Source: an uncultured Chromatiaceae bacterium | Lineage (GTDB): Bacteria; Pseudomonadota; Gammaproteobacteria; Tenderiales; Tenderiaceae | Assembly: GCA_945787785.1 (NCBI GenBank) | Contig: CALZIO010000004.1 | Coordinates: forward strand, 31,087 to 95,086 | Reading direction: 5' to 3' | Length of the DNA stretch: 64,000 nucleotides | Shown here: in pieces, positions 52,151-62,369 of the stretch | Position numbering within the stretch: position 1 is the first letter of the stretch | Layout: every line of letters starts with the position of its first letter | Position numbers and translations under genes: made by a program | Notes under the pieces: generated by a model | The model's database searches: none | The model's input: the letters and a program-made list of their open reading frames with translations, nothing else | Told to the model about the DNA's origin: nothing

Positions 52151-53137
52151 TTAGGGAATAGCAACTTCCAACAGCCGACCCGCTAAAGTCTCTGGTCCCA
52201 GGCCGCTGGCCTCGCCCCGGCCTTGTAAGCGGTGGCCGCTCACCGATGGCAACACCATTTGTACATCTTCAGGTAACGCATGATTGCGGCCATGTAGCAG
52301 GGCCCAGGCCTGAGCGGCGCGCAACAGTGCCAGTCCACCGCGTGGTGACAGGCCGACAGCAAATTCGTTGGACTGGCGGCTGAAATCGAGCAGTGCTTGC
52401 AGGTAGTCCAGCAAGGCATCCGACACATGTACTTTGGTTACCTGGGCCTGAATGGCCTGAAGTTGTTGCGGTGTCAGTGCCGCTTTTAACTCCGCTGCCA
52501 TTTCGCGCCGGTCGCGCCCGGCAAGCAGATCACGTTCCGCTTGTTTGTCGGGGTAACCCATGGTCAGGCGCATTAAAAATCTATCCAGCTGTGATTCAGG
52601 CAGCGGAAAAGTACCAATCTGATGTACCGGGTTTTGGGTGGCAATGACAAAAAAGGGCTGTGGCAGATCATAGGTAGTGCCCTCGATCGTCACTTGCTGT
52701 TCTTCCATCGCCTCCAGCAGAGCACTTTGGCATTTGGGTGTGGCGCGGTTGACTTCATCGGCCAGCGCCAGCTGGGCAAATATGGGGCCGGGATGAAACG
52801 TGAATTTGCCATTGTCTTTGTCATAAATCGAGGCGCCAAGGATGTCCGCTGGCAGTAGATCCGAGGTGAACTGAATGCGTTGAAACTCCAGCCCCATCAC
52901 CCGTGCCAGCACATGGGCCAGCGTGGTCTTGCCCATGCCGGGCTGATCCTCGATCAGTAGATGGCCCTTGGCGATCAGGCAGGCCAGCGCCAGGCGCAAC
53001 TGGGTATTCTTGCCCAGGATTACCTGTTCTGATGCGGCCAGTACCTTGGCCATGGCATCGGCTACGGCCTTGGGGCTGAGCAGGTCTGAAGTGTGCGGGA
53101 CTGCAATATTCATCGCTTGATTAGGGTCAGGATTCAT
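52151..53137 (-). CDS. MoxR-family AAA+ ATPase
   Basis: 328 aa. Walker A QPGMGKTT, Walker B LADEVNRA, and VIATQNP. Typical MoxR length. Confidence 0.9.
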   Translation of the reverse strand: MNPDPNQAMNIAVPHTSDLLSPKAVADAMAKVLAASEQVILGKNTQLRLALACLIAKGHLLIEDQPGMGKTTLAHVLARVMGLEFQRIQFTSDLLPADILGASIYDKDNGKFTFHPGPIFAQLALADEVNRATPKCQSALLEAMEEQQVTIEGTTYDLPQPFFVIATQNPVHQIGTFPLPESQLDRFLMRLTMGYPDKQAERDLLAGRDRREMAAELKAALTPQQLQAIQAQVTKVHVSDALLDYLQALLDFSRQSNEFAVGLSPRGGLALLRAAQAWALLHGRNHALPEDVQMVLPSVSGHRLQGRGEASGLGPETLAGRLLEVAIP

Positions 53138-53285
53138 TTCAATTATGTTAGTTATTTAAGAATAGTGATAGTTCATTGACATGAAAGATTCACGAATATT
53201 AGCGGTCCGCATACAAACGAACTTTATTGTAATTAGTGCGAACAGGCCCTAGGGAGAAACTCAAAGACTGAATTTGGAATTAAGA

Positions 53286-54800
53286 TCACAAATCAAACTT
53301 GATCCCCTGTGCTAGCGGTAATTCATCACTCCAGTTGATGGTATTGGTCTGCCGGCGCATATAGGCTTTCCAGCAATCCGAGCCCGCCTCACGCCCTCCC
53401 CCCGTTTCCTTCTCACCACCAAAGGCGCCACCAATTTCCGCACCTGAGGTGCCGATGTTGACATTGGCAATGCCACAATCAGAGCCACGCTGGGATAAGA
53501 ACTGTTCAGCATTTTTGACTGAGTTAGTGAAGATGGCAGAGGATAAACCCTGTGGCACATCATTTTGTAAATGAATCGCCCCTTCAAGATTGCGATAATG
53601 CATCACATATAATATTGGGGCAAAGGTTTCCTGCTTCACAATGGCGTATTGGCGTTTAACTTCAACAATGGTGGGTTCTACAAAAAAACCGTTACCTTCA
53701 CAGACTTTACCGCCCGTTAGAATTTTCCCTCCCCTGGCCTGCACGTGAGCAATAGCCTCCTGAAAATCATTCACTGCATGTTGATCAATCAATGGCCCCA
53801 TCAACACATCATGGTTAAGTGGATTGCCGATGCGTACCTGTTTATAGGCATTAACCAGTTGAGGAATTAAGGTGTCGTAGATTGATTCATGCACAAACAG
53901 ACGCCGTGTCGAGGTGCAGCGTTGCCCGGCTGTGCCGACGGCACCAAACACGATAGCAGGTAATGCCAGCTTAAGATCGGCGGTTTCATCCACAATGATG
54001 GCGTTGTTACCACTGCATTCTAGTAGATAACGGCCCAGGCGTTTGGATACCGTGCGAGCAACATAGTGACCCACTTTACTCGAGCCGGTAAACGATACCA
54101 GGTTAATGCGCTTGTCACTGACAAAGCGCTGGGCGGTGTTATTGTTTTCAGGAATGAACATGGAGAAGATACCGGGATAACCCAGTTGTTCTAATACACT
54201 GTTGCAGATGTGTTGTACGGCAATCGCACATAAAGGTGTTTTGGATGATGGTTTCCAAATGACCGTGTTACCGGCAATGGCGGCAATAAAGGCATTCCAG
54301 GACCACACTGCGACGGGAAAGTTAAAGGCACTGATTACGCCCACCACACCCAGCGGATGCCATTGTTCATACATGCGATGTTCGGGGCGCTCGCTATGCA
54401 TGCTATTGCCATACAGCATACGCGATTGACCCACGGCAAAGTCGGCGATGTCGATCATCTCTTGGACTTCGCCATCACCTTCCTGTTTGATCTTGCCCAT
54501 TTCCATGGCGACCAAACTGCCAAGCGCATCCTTGTGTTGGCGTAAGGCATCGCCAATCTGGCGAATCACTTCACCCCGTTTAGGTGCAGGGACTTTGGCC
54601 CACTCTTTTTGAGCAGCGGCACTTTCAGAGATTACGGTTTCATAGTCTGAGCCTGAACAGGTATAGACCTTGGCGATTAATTCTTCGGTAGCTGGATTAA
54701 TGGATTCAATCAGACTGGCATCGGCTGTTGAGGCCCAACCGCTGGCACCATAGCTGGAGGCATTTTCATTCGTTAATTTTAACGCCTTCAGAACATCCAT
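53286..54800 (-). CDS. ALDH7-type aldehyde dehydrogenase (alpha-aminoadipic semialdehyde / piperideine-6-carboxylate dehydrogenase-like)
   Basis: 504 aa. [42 protein letters not shown] closely follows the ALDH7 family pattern. Catalytic LECSGNN and GQRCTS motifs present. Confidence 0.8.
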   Translation of the reverse strand: MDVLKALKLTNENASSYGASGWASTADASLIESINPATEELIAKVYTCSGSDYETVISESAAAQKEWAKVPAPKRGEVIRQIGDALRQHKDALGSLVAMEMGKIKQEGDGEVQEMIDIADFAVGQSRMLYGNSMHSERPEHRMYEQWHPLGVVGVISAFNFPVAVWSWNAFIAAIAGNTVIWKPSSKTPLCAIAVQHICNSVLEQLGYPGIFSMFIPENNNTAQRFVSDKRINLVSFTGSSKVGHYVARTVSKRLGRYLLECSGNNAIIVDETADLKLALPAIVFGAVGTAGQRCTSTRRLFVHESIYDTLIPQLVNAYKQVRIGNPLNHDVLMGPLIDQHAVNDFQEAIAHVQARGGKILTGGKVCEGNGFFVEPTIVEVKRQYAIVKQETFAPILYVMHYRNLEGAIHLQNDVPQGLSSAIFTNSVKNAEQFLSQRGSDCGIANVNIGTSGAEIGGAFGGEKETGGGREAGSDCWKAYMRRQTNTINWSDELPLAQGIKFDL

Positions 54801-54809
54801 CTAATTCTC

Positions 54810-55901
54810 CTATGCGTAATATTTACCAAAGCGGTTATTGATCACGTCATCTAAAGCAATGCTCTCTTGCGTGACAAAGCCATGAAACTTGTCCTGGTTA
54901 TCAAGCACAATATCCACCACACTGCAGATACCTGCGGCAGTTGTGACTTGAATGGATGACCAGCGCTTACGCGCAATGTCTTGAGGATAGACTTTTTTGA
55001 CATAGTTTTCTTCCAGCAGTTCGCCATTTTTGCGTCCTGCCACAGCAACATAAATCAGCACTACGTCCTGCAATGTTTTGGGAATGGCATTTTCGAGAAT
55101 ACGTTTTAATGTATCGCGATCATCATTCAGGCGTAGATCATTCATCAATAGTTTGATCTCTTTGCAATGGCCGGGATAACGCATGGTTTTGTAATTCATG
55201 CTACGGATCTTGCCGTCATAGGTTTCCGCCAGGGTACCTAGACCACCCGAGGTGTTAAAGGCTTCATACAATACCCCATCAAGGGTAATGGTTTCATAAC
55301 CTTCCAATGGTTGCAGAGCAATCATTTCACCCTCTTCAATGCCATAGCAGGTGTTGCCGTATTCGTTGATTAAACCATCGGTAGACCAGGTGAGTGAATA
55401 TTTCAAGACATTACTGGGGTTGACCGGCAAGGCCCCGACACGCATCTTGACCATATCCAGTTCATCAAAGTGTTGAATCAATTCATTGGCGGCGATGCTG
55501 ATAAAGCCTGGGGCAAGGCCACATTGGGGCATGAAGACATTTTGTTTGCCAGCACTAATTTTCTGTACATGATGTGTAACTTCTACGTCTTCGGTGAGGT
55601 CAAAGTAATTAAGACCATAACGGGCGGCAAGATCAGCAACCAGAGGATTGCAGTAATATGGCAGGCTGGAAATGACAGCGTCATAGGTGTGTTTTTGCAT
55701 TGCCTCGGCCAGGTCGGTTTCATTGCGTACATCAAGCATGAAGGCATTGACATCGCATATGCCGGCCTCCTGGCACAGTTGTTGTGCTGCGTCGGTATTG
55801 AGACTGCCGACATGCACATCATAGTCACCGGACTCTGCCAGCATGCAGGTAATCAATGAGCCAATCTTGCCAGCACCTAAGAGTAATACTTGACGTTTCA
55901 T
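54810..55901 (-). CDS. saccharopine dehydrogenase-family NAD(P) oxidoreductase (L-lysine 6-dehydrogenase-like)
   Basis: 363 aa. Rossmann fold N-terminus VLLLGAGKIGS. Length and pattern match the Sacchrp_dh family. Lies directly upstream of the ALDH7 gene. Confidence 0.6.
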   Translation of the reverse strand: MKRQVLLLGAGKIGSLITCMLAESGDYDVHVGSLNTDAAQQLCQEAGICDVNAFMLDVRNETDLAEAMQKHTYDAVISSLPYYCNPLVADLAARYGLNYFDLTEDVEVTHHVQKISAGKQNVFMPQCGLAPGFISIAANELIQHFDELDMVKMRVGALPVNPSNVLKYSLTWSTDGLINEYGNTCYGIEEGEMIALQPLEGYETITLDGVLYEAFNTSGGLGTLAETYDGKIRSMNYKTMRYPGHCKEIKLLMNDLRLNDDRDTLKRILENAIPKTLQDVVLIYVAVAGRKNGELLEENYVKKVYPQDIARKRWSSIQVTTAAGICSVVDIVLDNQDKFHGFVTQESIALDDVINNRFGKYYA

Positions 55902-55977
55902 AAACGTTTCCTCCGTTAGGCCGATAATACATGTAAATACATACGCCGCGCTTACTGCGTGGTATCAGGAGGCCGAT

Positions 55978-57159
55978 ATGTCTTCAGATCGTTATTCCAG
56001 CTTTGCCGTATCACTTGCAAAACACCTAGTTGATAACGAGTCTGCCTTTAAATCAGACACCATACAAGCCGAAGTAGTGCATGTGAATAGCTGTGAGTCG
56101 CAACGCTTTTCACTGGATATGACTCCATTTGCGACCGAACCTACTGAAGTATCAGCCATGCCACTGTTCGATGGCGTTAGCAGTGTCTCTAATTTGTTAT
56201 CGGCATATCAGTCGGCAAAACAAAGTCTGCCATTTGAGACGGATTTAACGGCAGCAACAGAAAATGTGTCAGGCTATGCAGATGATTTCCTCAATGCCCT
56301 GTTGGCTAGAGCCAATGCCGCGTTGACGGATCAACAAGCCGTGTTGATTGCAGAATGGGTTAAACACCTGGATATCTATTGCGCAGTTAAGTCCGTTGAA
56401 TCATTTTTGTATAGTCACGCGGATTTAAAACTGCTCGAGATTGCGCCTGATTACGGCTGGGATGTGATCTTTGATCATATGGCGATTCGGTGCGGTTCTC
56501 AGGCACACAAAGATGCCGAGCGTATCTCGAATTTATTGAAACAGGAACACAGCTATGTCTCAACCCAATTTCCCGGCGAGGCCTATTATCAATTTCCAGA
56601 TGGCTGGAATGCCTACCCTGTTTATAAAATATTAAATAATGGCCAGGTACTAAGAATATTTGTTGATCAGTCCGATGCTGAAACACCCGAGCAGATTATT
56701 CAACACTGGAACAGGGTGTATGGTTATACCGCTCACCATTTAGGGATTAGGGCAAGCATGTTGATAAATGGTGTGCGTGTTGCGGTGCCGCTGTATGATG
56801 TGATGAATGCACTTGAAAAAGAAGGCATCAAGATTATGACCCCGACGGGGCATTATACGGAGGGATTGTTGTTGCAGGTATTTACTCAACCTGAAAAGAA
56901 TTTTGATATCCCGCAAGACTTAAAAACAGAAATCATCTCGCATGGCCCACAACTGGAAAAGACAATTGAGAATGCCAAATTGCTTGAGCTGGTGTCACGG
57001 CGTGAGTTGGATTGTGAAATGGCAAAGAAGTATTTTTCTTTATATGGACTGAAATATGATGTAAACAATCCTCATCATTCTGCGCCGGTGTATCAATATT
57101 TTTTGCCAGCACAGGCTGCACATGTAATCGAGACCTCACAGCAGGTGACAGCTGAATAA
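55978..57159 (+). CDS. DUF1338-like protein (possible 2-oxoadipate dioxygenase/decarboxylase HglS relative) with N-terminal extension
   Basis: 393 aa. FDHMAIRCGS and TAHHLGIRA resemble the two His-containing metal-site motifs of DUF1338/YdcJ (H.AIR.G and HLT.R). By-eye alignment only. Confidence 0.45.
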   Translation: MSSDRYSSFAVSLAKHLVDNESAFKSDTIQAEVVHVNSCESQRFSLDMTPFATEPTEVSAMPLFDGVSSVSNLLSAYQSAKQSLPFETDLTAATENVSGYADDFLNALLARANAALTDQQAVLIAEWVKHLDIYCAVKSVESFLYSHADLKLLEIAPDYGWDVIFDHMAIRCGSQAHKDAERISNLLKQEHSYVSTQFPGEAYYQFPDGWNAYPVYKILNNGQVLRIFVDQSDAETPEQIIQHWNRVYGYTAHHLGIRASMLINGVRVAVPLYDVMNALEKEGIKIMTPTGHYTEGLLLQVFTQPEKNFDIPQDLKTEIISHGPQLEKTIENAKLLELVSRRELDCEMAKKYFSLYGLKYDVNNPHHSAPVYQYFLPAQAAHVIETSQQVTAE

Positions 57160-57309
57160 ACTATTTGTAAATTTCAATAGTGAAGTATAAACAACTGTGA
57201 TACTGAATTGCTGTTGTTAATCTTGAGACAGGTATACTAAGAATAACCTTGCAGGGATAGAAATTCAGAACTGGGTTAATCAACCTGAGTGGAGAGGTTT
57301 CCTACAGCA

Positions 57310-58470
57310 ATGACTAAAAAAACACTTAGCGTCAACACCATGCTAAAGCAGTTGATAGCGACGCCATCAATGAGCAGTGTCACGCCCGAATTTGATACCA
57401 GTAACCGCGAAGTGATTGAGCTGTTGGCCAACTGGCTTGATGGCTTAGGTTTTCGGATAGAAGTCACTCCTTTACCAAGGCAAGCAAACAAAGCCAACTT
57501 GCTGGCAAGTTATGGTGAGGTAAATGAACAAAGCCAGGGGCTGATGTTTGCCGGTCATACTGACACCGTGCCCTATGACGAGCACAGCTGGCATCATGAT
57601 CCCTTCCTGTTGACCGAGCGCGACAATCGACTCTATGGCCTTGGCACCTCAGATATGAAAAGTTTTTTTGCCCTGGCCATTGAAGCGGTGCGCCAGTTTT
57701 CACCACAACAACTGAAACAGCCCATATTTATTCTGGCGACTGCTGATGAAGAGAGCTCAATGGAAGGTGCCTTGCACTTGGTTGAGCAAGGTTGCCCCAA
57801 TGTGCGTTATGCCGTGATTGGCGAGCCGACCGGATTGAAACCAGTCAATGCCCATAAGGGCATTTTGATGGAAGCGATATGCCTGACAGGAAAAAGCGGT
57901 CACTCAAGTAATCCAGCGCTTGGATTAAATGCACTCGAAGCAATGCAATTGGTCATTGCTGATCTGTTGCTATGGCGTGATCAATTGCAAGCCAAATACA
58001 TTGATGATCGCTTTACTGTGCCGGTGCCGACCTTGAATCTGGGTTACATAAACGGTGGTGATAATCCCAATCGAATTTGTGAACAGTGCGAATTGCACTT
58101 TGATCTGCGTGCTCTGCCCGGCATGGATCTGAATCAATTACGCTCAGAAATACGGGACCGTTTACATAGCCTGTTTCAACACAGCGATATTCGTTGGCAG
58201 CTGTTTTCTCTCAGTCAGGGTACACCGGCGCTTCATACCGATCGTAATTCTCCGATTGTGCAAGCGGCAGAACATCATTGCAAACATCAAAGTCACGCCG
58301 TTGCGTTTTGTACTGAAGGACCTTATTTAACCGAACTGGGTATTGACACCATTATCCTTGGGCCGGGTGATATTGATCAGGCACATCAGCCGGATGAATT
58401 TATTGATCTGAACCGAATCGAGCCAACCGTTGAGTTATTAAGCCAGCTAATTCGCAAGTTTTGTCTCTAA
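57310..58470 (+). CDS. argE: acetylornithine deacetylase
   Basis: Collinear with E. coli ArgE from LIATPS through GHTDTVP, LYGLGTSDMK, ILATADEESSM, IGEPT, HKG, GHSS, NLG.I.GGD..NRIC and LGPG.I.QAHQPDE. The ORF-track start at 57289 (GTG) is an alternative. Confidence 0.92.
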   Translation: MTKKTLSVNTMLKQLIATPSMSSVTPEFDTSNREVIELLANWLDGLGFRIEVTPLPRQANKANLLASYGEVNEQSQGLMFAGHTDTVPYDEHSWHHDPFLLTERDNRLYGLGTSDMKSFFALAIEAVRQFSPQQLKQPIFILATADEESSMEGALHLVEQGCPNVRYAVIGEPTGLKPVNAHKGILMEAICLTGKSGHSSNPALGLNALEAMQLVIADLLLWRDQLQAKYIDDRFTVPVPTLNLGYINGGDNPNRICEQCELHFDLRALPGMDLNQLRSEIRDRLHSLFQHSDIRWQLFSLSQGTPALHTDRNSPIVQAAEHHCKHQSHAVAFCTEGPYLTELGIDTIILGPGDIDQAHQPDEFIDLNRIEPTVELLSQLIRKFCL

Positions 58471-58546
58471 TCAAATTGCCAGCCTTGCGCTTACTTGACT
58501 TGGTGCAGTCTATAATTGAGAGATAGCCTAAGCACGGGAGAGGGCC

Positions 58547-59395
58547 ATGCACATCGATGTCAATAAGGATATGTTGCGTACACTATTAATGATGGGCGCA
58601 GTGGTCGAGGCGCGAGACCCTTATACCGGCGGCCATTTGTGGCGAGTTTCACAATATGCTAAACGACTAGCTACACGCTTGGGGTTGAGTAACGATGAGA
58701 TATTGCAACTCGCCATTGGTGGTTATTTGCATGATCTGGGTAAGGTTGGTGTGCCGGATCAAATACTGCGTAAACCAGGATCGCTCACAGACGATGAATT
58801 TGCGGTGATAAAAACGCACCCGGAAGTGGGGGCTGAAATTATTGAAGAACACCCTTTGTCCGCCGTCGCCCATGATGCCATTCGTCATCATCATGAGCGC
58901 ATCGACGCCAAAGGTTATCCTGATGCCTTGCCCGCAGGTAAGTTGCCAATCAGTGCCAGAGTGATTGCGATAGCTGATGCATTTGATGCTATGACCAGCA
59001 CCCGTGCCTATCGCCACGGCTTGGATAAGAACATTGCCGTAGAGCGTTTGTTACAAGGCCGGGGCTCGCAGTTTGATGCAGTATTGGTCAGTCAATTTGT
59101 CACCATGGTTCACGCAGGTGAACTGGATGAAGTGTTGTTACACAGTGACGAAAATCTGCCGCTGGTTAGTTGTGATATGTGCGGGCCCATCATCGCCGTT
59201 AACAGAGATCATAAAGACGGAGATATTATCCATTGCCAGTCATGTGGCACAGAATATCGCTTGCATCGCATGGCAGATACCTTTGCCGTAGAAGCCACTG
59301 GCCGTAAGGCAAACCAAACACAGCTGCGGCCACGTGCAGACAGATATCCAATAGACGAATTGGTCAGCCAGATGCCAGGTGTGTTGAAGTTATAA
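58547..59395 (+). CDS. stand-alone HD-GYP domain c-di-GMP phosphodiesterase with C-terminal zinc-ribbon-like module
   Basis: 282 aa. Shows YTGGHLWRV, LHDLGK and HHERIDAKGYP (HD-GYP signature). The C-terminus has CDMCG...CQSCG (4 Cys). Confidence 0.85.
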   Translation: MHIDVNKDMLRTLLMMGAVVEARDPYTGGHLWRVSQYAKRLATRLGLSNDEILQLAIGGYLHDLGKVGVPDQILRKPGSLTDDEFAVIKTHPEVGAEIIEEHPLSAVAHDAIRHHHERIDAKGYPDALPAGKLPISARVIAIADAFDAMTSTRAYRHGLDKNIAVERLLQGRGSQFDAVLVSQFVTMVHAGELDEVLLHSDENLPLVSCDMCGPIIAVNRDHKDGDIIHCQSCGTEYRLHRMADTFAVEATGRKANQTQLRPRADRYPIDELVSQMPGVLKL

Positions 59396-59416
59396 ATTTA
59401 CTGTGTACCAATGACT

Positions 59417-60433
59417 CTATTCATTATTAGCAAAACCGAGCACGGTATTTCTGAGTTCAGATTTTAGTATCTTATCAATATCATTTAACAGACGCTGTTC
59501 GGTTTGCTCGGCCGTTAGCGATGCAGACTTCAAAGGCCAACGTTGTATGCCAATGTCATTGTTATCGTTATCACGCAATCTGAGTTCCAGTGTGCCACGT
59601 AACCAGATCCAGCCATTTTGTTTAAGCGGCGGATCAAGTTTTGTTTCGGCCAACAGGGTGTAATCGGCTTGACTGACATCACTGATGCTGAAGCCGGCAG
59701 TGGCAGCATTGCCGCTCAGTATGGCTTGTAGTTGCTGAGACAACTGCCCTTCTGTTTCAGGTACAAGTGAGATATCAGCAATCAGACTATCACGTGTGCG
59801 CACGAGTTCGGCCAGTGAAATAGTGGCGGGTTTGCCACGGCCACTGGCTGAGACGACTTGCAATGCACTTTGCGCACTTGCCCGCTGCAGCTGTGTATCA
59901 ATCGCCTGTTGCACCACTGCTGTTTTTCGCAGCTCATCTGTTTCAGTGTCGGCTTGTTTCAGTTTTTGCCTGGTTTGTTCATCAAGTGTGTCGATTTGTT
60001 GCTCAAATTGCAGCCTTGCCTTGCTGCGTGAAAGTGTAGCGAGGGCGTGATAGGTATGTTTGCTATCGTTATGCCAGGTATCGGCGATCTCAATGCCTTG
60101 AACCGTACGTGTGGTTTGGGTGATCAGTTGGCGTGAGACACTCTGCTTTAACTCCTCAACACTCTCTTCCCCTGTTTGCTGTTTGCTGTATTGTTGCGTT
60201 TGTAAACTGCGTGCATGTACTGCAACTTCGAACTGTTTGGCCAGATCAGCGCGGGCACGATCTTTGGCATCATCCAGATTGTCGGCCATGCCCTGCCCGC
60301 TTAGATAGAGTTGCGGGGGATAGTGTTTGCTTACATCATCAATCCAGTCGGGTTGATCGACTGGTGTCTTAGCTGTGCTGGCACAGCCACTAACGAGAAC
60401 GATAATAGATAGTAGTAGATGTTGTATTTTCAT
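59417..60433 (-). CDS. lipoprotein with N-terminal LPP20-like domain
   Basis: Met 60433 gives the lipobox LVSGC. PDWIDD...GQGMADNLDDAKDRARADLAKQ resembles the LPP20 family pattern. The ORF is open to 60457. Confidence 0.5.
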   Translation of the reverse strand: MKIQHLLLSIIVLVSGCASTAKTPVDQPDWIDDVSKHYPPQLYLSGQGMADNLDDAKDRARADLAKQFEVAVHARSLQTQQYSKQQTGEESVEELKQSVSRQLITQTTRTVQGIEIADTWHNDSKHTYHALATLSRSKARLQFEQQIDTLDEQTRQKLKQADTETDELRKTAVVQQAIDTQLQRASAQSALQVVSASGRGKPATISLAELVRTRDSLIADISLVPETEGQLSQQLQAILSGNAATAGFSISDVSQADYTLLAETKLDPPLKQNGWIWLRGTLELRLRDNDNNDIGIQRWPLKSASLTAEQTEQRLLNDIDKILKSELRNTVLGFANNE

Positions 60434-61742
60434 GGTTACGATTCCTGCTGGTGACATGGGAGGCAGGCCAATGCCAGCTGTAAAATTGTTTTTGCCCCGG
60501 TTGCAATGAAACCTGGGTTAATTGTTTAGTGGTGATTTGTTCCCCGGCACTACCTTTCAGTTTAATCTCGATATCATAGTCTTCAGGTGCTAAAGTCAGG
60601 CGGCCTAACAAAATCTGTTGCGGTAGTGAATTCCAGCCACGGGTGTCGGCTTGTTCAGTGATAAAGCCGGCTAAATTGGTAATGACACCTAGCAACTGAT
60701 TCTGGTTGCTAACATTATCAACCAGCTGATTTTTTACGGTAACCCTGGCAATAGCACGGGCGATGATGCCTGGCATTTGATCATCCAGATTGTCATAGGC
60801 CTGCTGATCAAGTTGCTCAAACAGCTCACCCTGCTGCCTATTATTCAAGCTGACCAGTTCGATGTTTTCAACGTCTGATTGCCTTTGTTCGTAAAAAGGG
60901 ATGGCGACGCGATGCAACTGACCACTGCGAGGGTCCTGGGCATTGATGGCCGTTTCGTGGCGGCGTGGCAGCAGGCCGCTAAAGATGACAACTATAAATT
61001 CACCCTGCGCTTCCAATTCAGTCTGATGGGCCCAACTGTCGAGTTGGAATTGATCGAGATAGTCTTGATGTTCATCATCAAGCCCGAGGTAATCGGTCAG
61101 GCGTAATAAATCACTCTGTAATTGTTGTGGTATTTTCATCTCAACAGCTTTGTAAGCCTCATAAGACTTTCGATATGCGATCAAGGCATCACTCAGCTCA
61201 CCATTCGCATCAAATACCAGGCCGCTTAGATAGCGTGCAAAGGGAGGCTCTTGCTCTTCAAACTTTTGATTGAGAAAGACATCCAGTTGCAGGGTTTCGA
61301 CCCGGGCACCATCAAGGTCGTTCATTTCAAGGTAATTAATAATTTTCAAGCCGTAGAGCATGGCGCGTTCAAATGGCGCTGGCAGGTAACTGCGCATAGC
61401 GTCATTGACCGAGACGGCGGCGGCCTGTTCGCGCAAACTCAATGCCTCCAGGTTGGCGCCGATCTGTTTGGCAATTTCCAGTTCGGCATTGCTTTTGTCG
61501 AACTCATCATTCATGCGCAATAGAATGGCTTTGTTGAGATGGTAGAGCGCCTGGTCACGATTTTTTTGCGGCAGTTGTTCAAGGGTGTTGAGCGCCAGAC
61601 TGGCCTGTTGGTTGACCATAAATTGCTCGAGTGGGTCATCCCGGTATGCGGTGGAGACACAGCCACTGATGGTCAACACAACTAGTAGCAGCAACAGTGG
61701 CCGCACGACTTGGCAGACCGGGCGAACTAGCCGGCGCAACAC
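60390..61742 (-). CDS. hypothetical lipoprotein with TPR-like helical N-terminal region (COG3014-like)
   Basis: 450 aa. Lipobox LTISGC. Its 3' end overlaps the next gene start by 44 nt. Confidence 0.45.
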   Translation of the reverse strand: MLRRLVRPVCQVVRPLLLLLVVLTISGCVSTAYRDDPLEQFMVNQQASLALNTLEQLPQKNRDQALYHLNKAILLRMNDEFDKSNAELEIAKQIGANLEALSLREQAAAVSVNDAMRSYLPAPFERAMLYGLKIINYLEMNDLDGARVETLQLDVFLNQKFEEQEPPFARYLSGLVFDANGELSDALIAYRKSYEAYKAVEMKIPQQLQSDLLRLTDYLGLDDEHQDYLDQFQLDSWAHQTELEAQGEFIVVIFSGLLPRRHETAINAQDPRSGQLHRVAIPFYEQRQSDVENIELVSLNNRQQGELFEQLDQQAYDNLDDQMPGIIARAIARVTVKNQLVDNVSNQNQLLGVITNLAGFITEQADTRGWNSLPQQILLGRLTLAPEDYDIEIKLKGSAGEQITTKQLTQVSLQPGQKQFYSWHWPASHVTSRNRNHENTTSTTIYYRSR

Positions 61743-61757
61743 ATTCCTCCTGTTTTA

Positions 61758-62369
61758 TTACCAGCGTAGACCGGCTTGTTTAACCATTTTCTTGATCTTC
61801 TTCTGGCCTACCCAGACCTTGCGGTTGTCGGCCATGCTGATCAGGGTCAGGTCTATCTGGTAATAACGCACCTGTTTTTTACCCTCGGTATCGAGGATGC
61901 TGTTGATGCTGCCTTTGAGCATGAAGTCAGCGCCGATTTCTTGTCCCATCGCGTTGCGCGTTGCTTCAGTTGAATGCAGTTCCTGCTCCTTACGTTCTTC
62001 GCGTATTTCACCGCGTTCGTCGCTTGAGGCGACAAATTCTACCTTGCCGGAATTGATCAACTCCCGTTCCATATCGCCGACAAAGGTATTGACGTTGATG
62101 TGCTCATGACTGAGGTTGCGGATTTCGCCAACAATCACTGCTGGAGGGTTGCCTTCTTTATTTACAAAATCAGTAATCCAGGGGCGCGACAGTACATCGG
62201 CAATCATCTCTTCAGAAACCAGGCGTGAATCGGTGTCATTCCAGGCGCCACTCAGGTCGACGACCTCATCGGTTTCTATGCGGTCGACGGTGGTCGAACA
62301 ACCCTGCAATACGCCACCAAAAATCAGAATACCTGCCAGGGTGATGGCGCCAGTCAGATGATGATTCAT
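61758..62369 (-). CDS. LpoB-like (COG3417) outer-membrane lipoprotein
   Basis: 203 aa. Lipobox VLQGC. The VIVGEIRNLSHEHINVNTFVGDMERELINSGKVEFV pattern resembles penicillin-binding-protein activator LpoB/YcfM-family proteins. Confidence 0.55.
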   Translation of the reverse strand: MNHHLTGAITLAGILIFGGVLQGCSTTVDRIETDEVVDLSGAWNDTDSRLVSEEMIADVLSRPWITDFVNKEGNPPAVIVGEIRNLSHEHINVNTFVGDMERELINSGKVEFVASSDERGEIREERKEQELHSTEATRNAMGQEIGADFMLKGSINSILDTEGKKQVRYYQIDLTLISMADNRKVWVGQKKIKKMVKQAGLRW

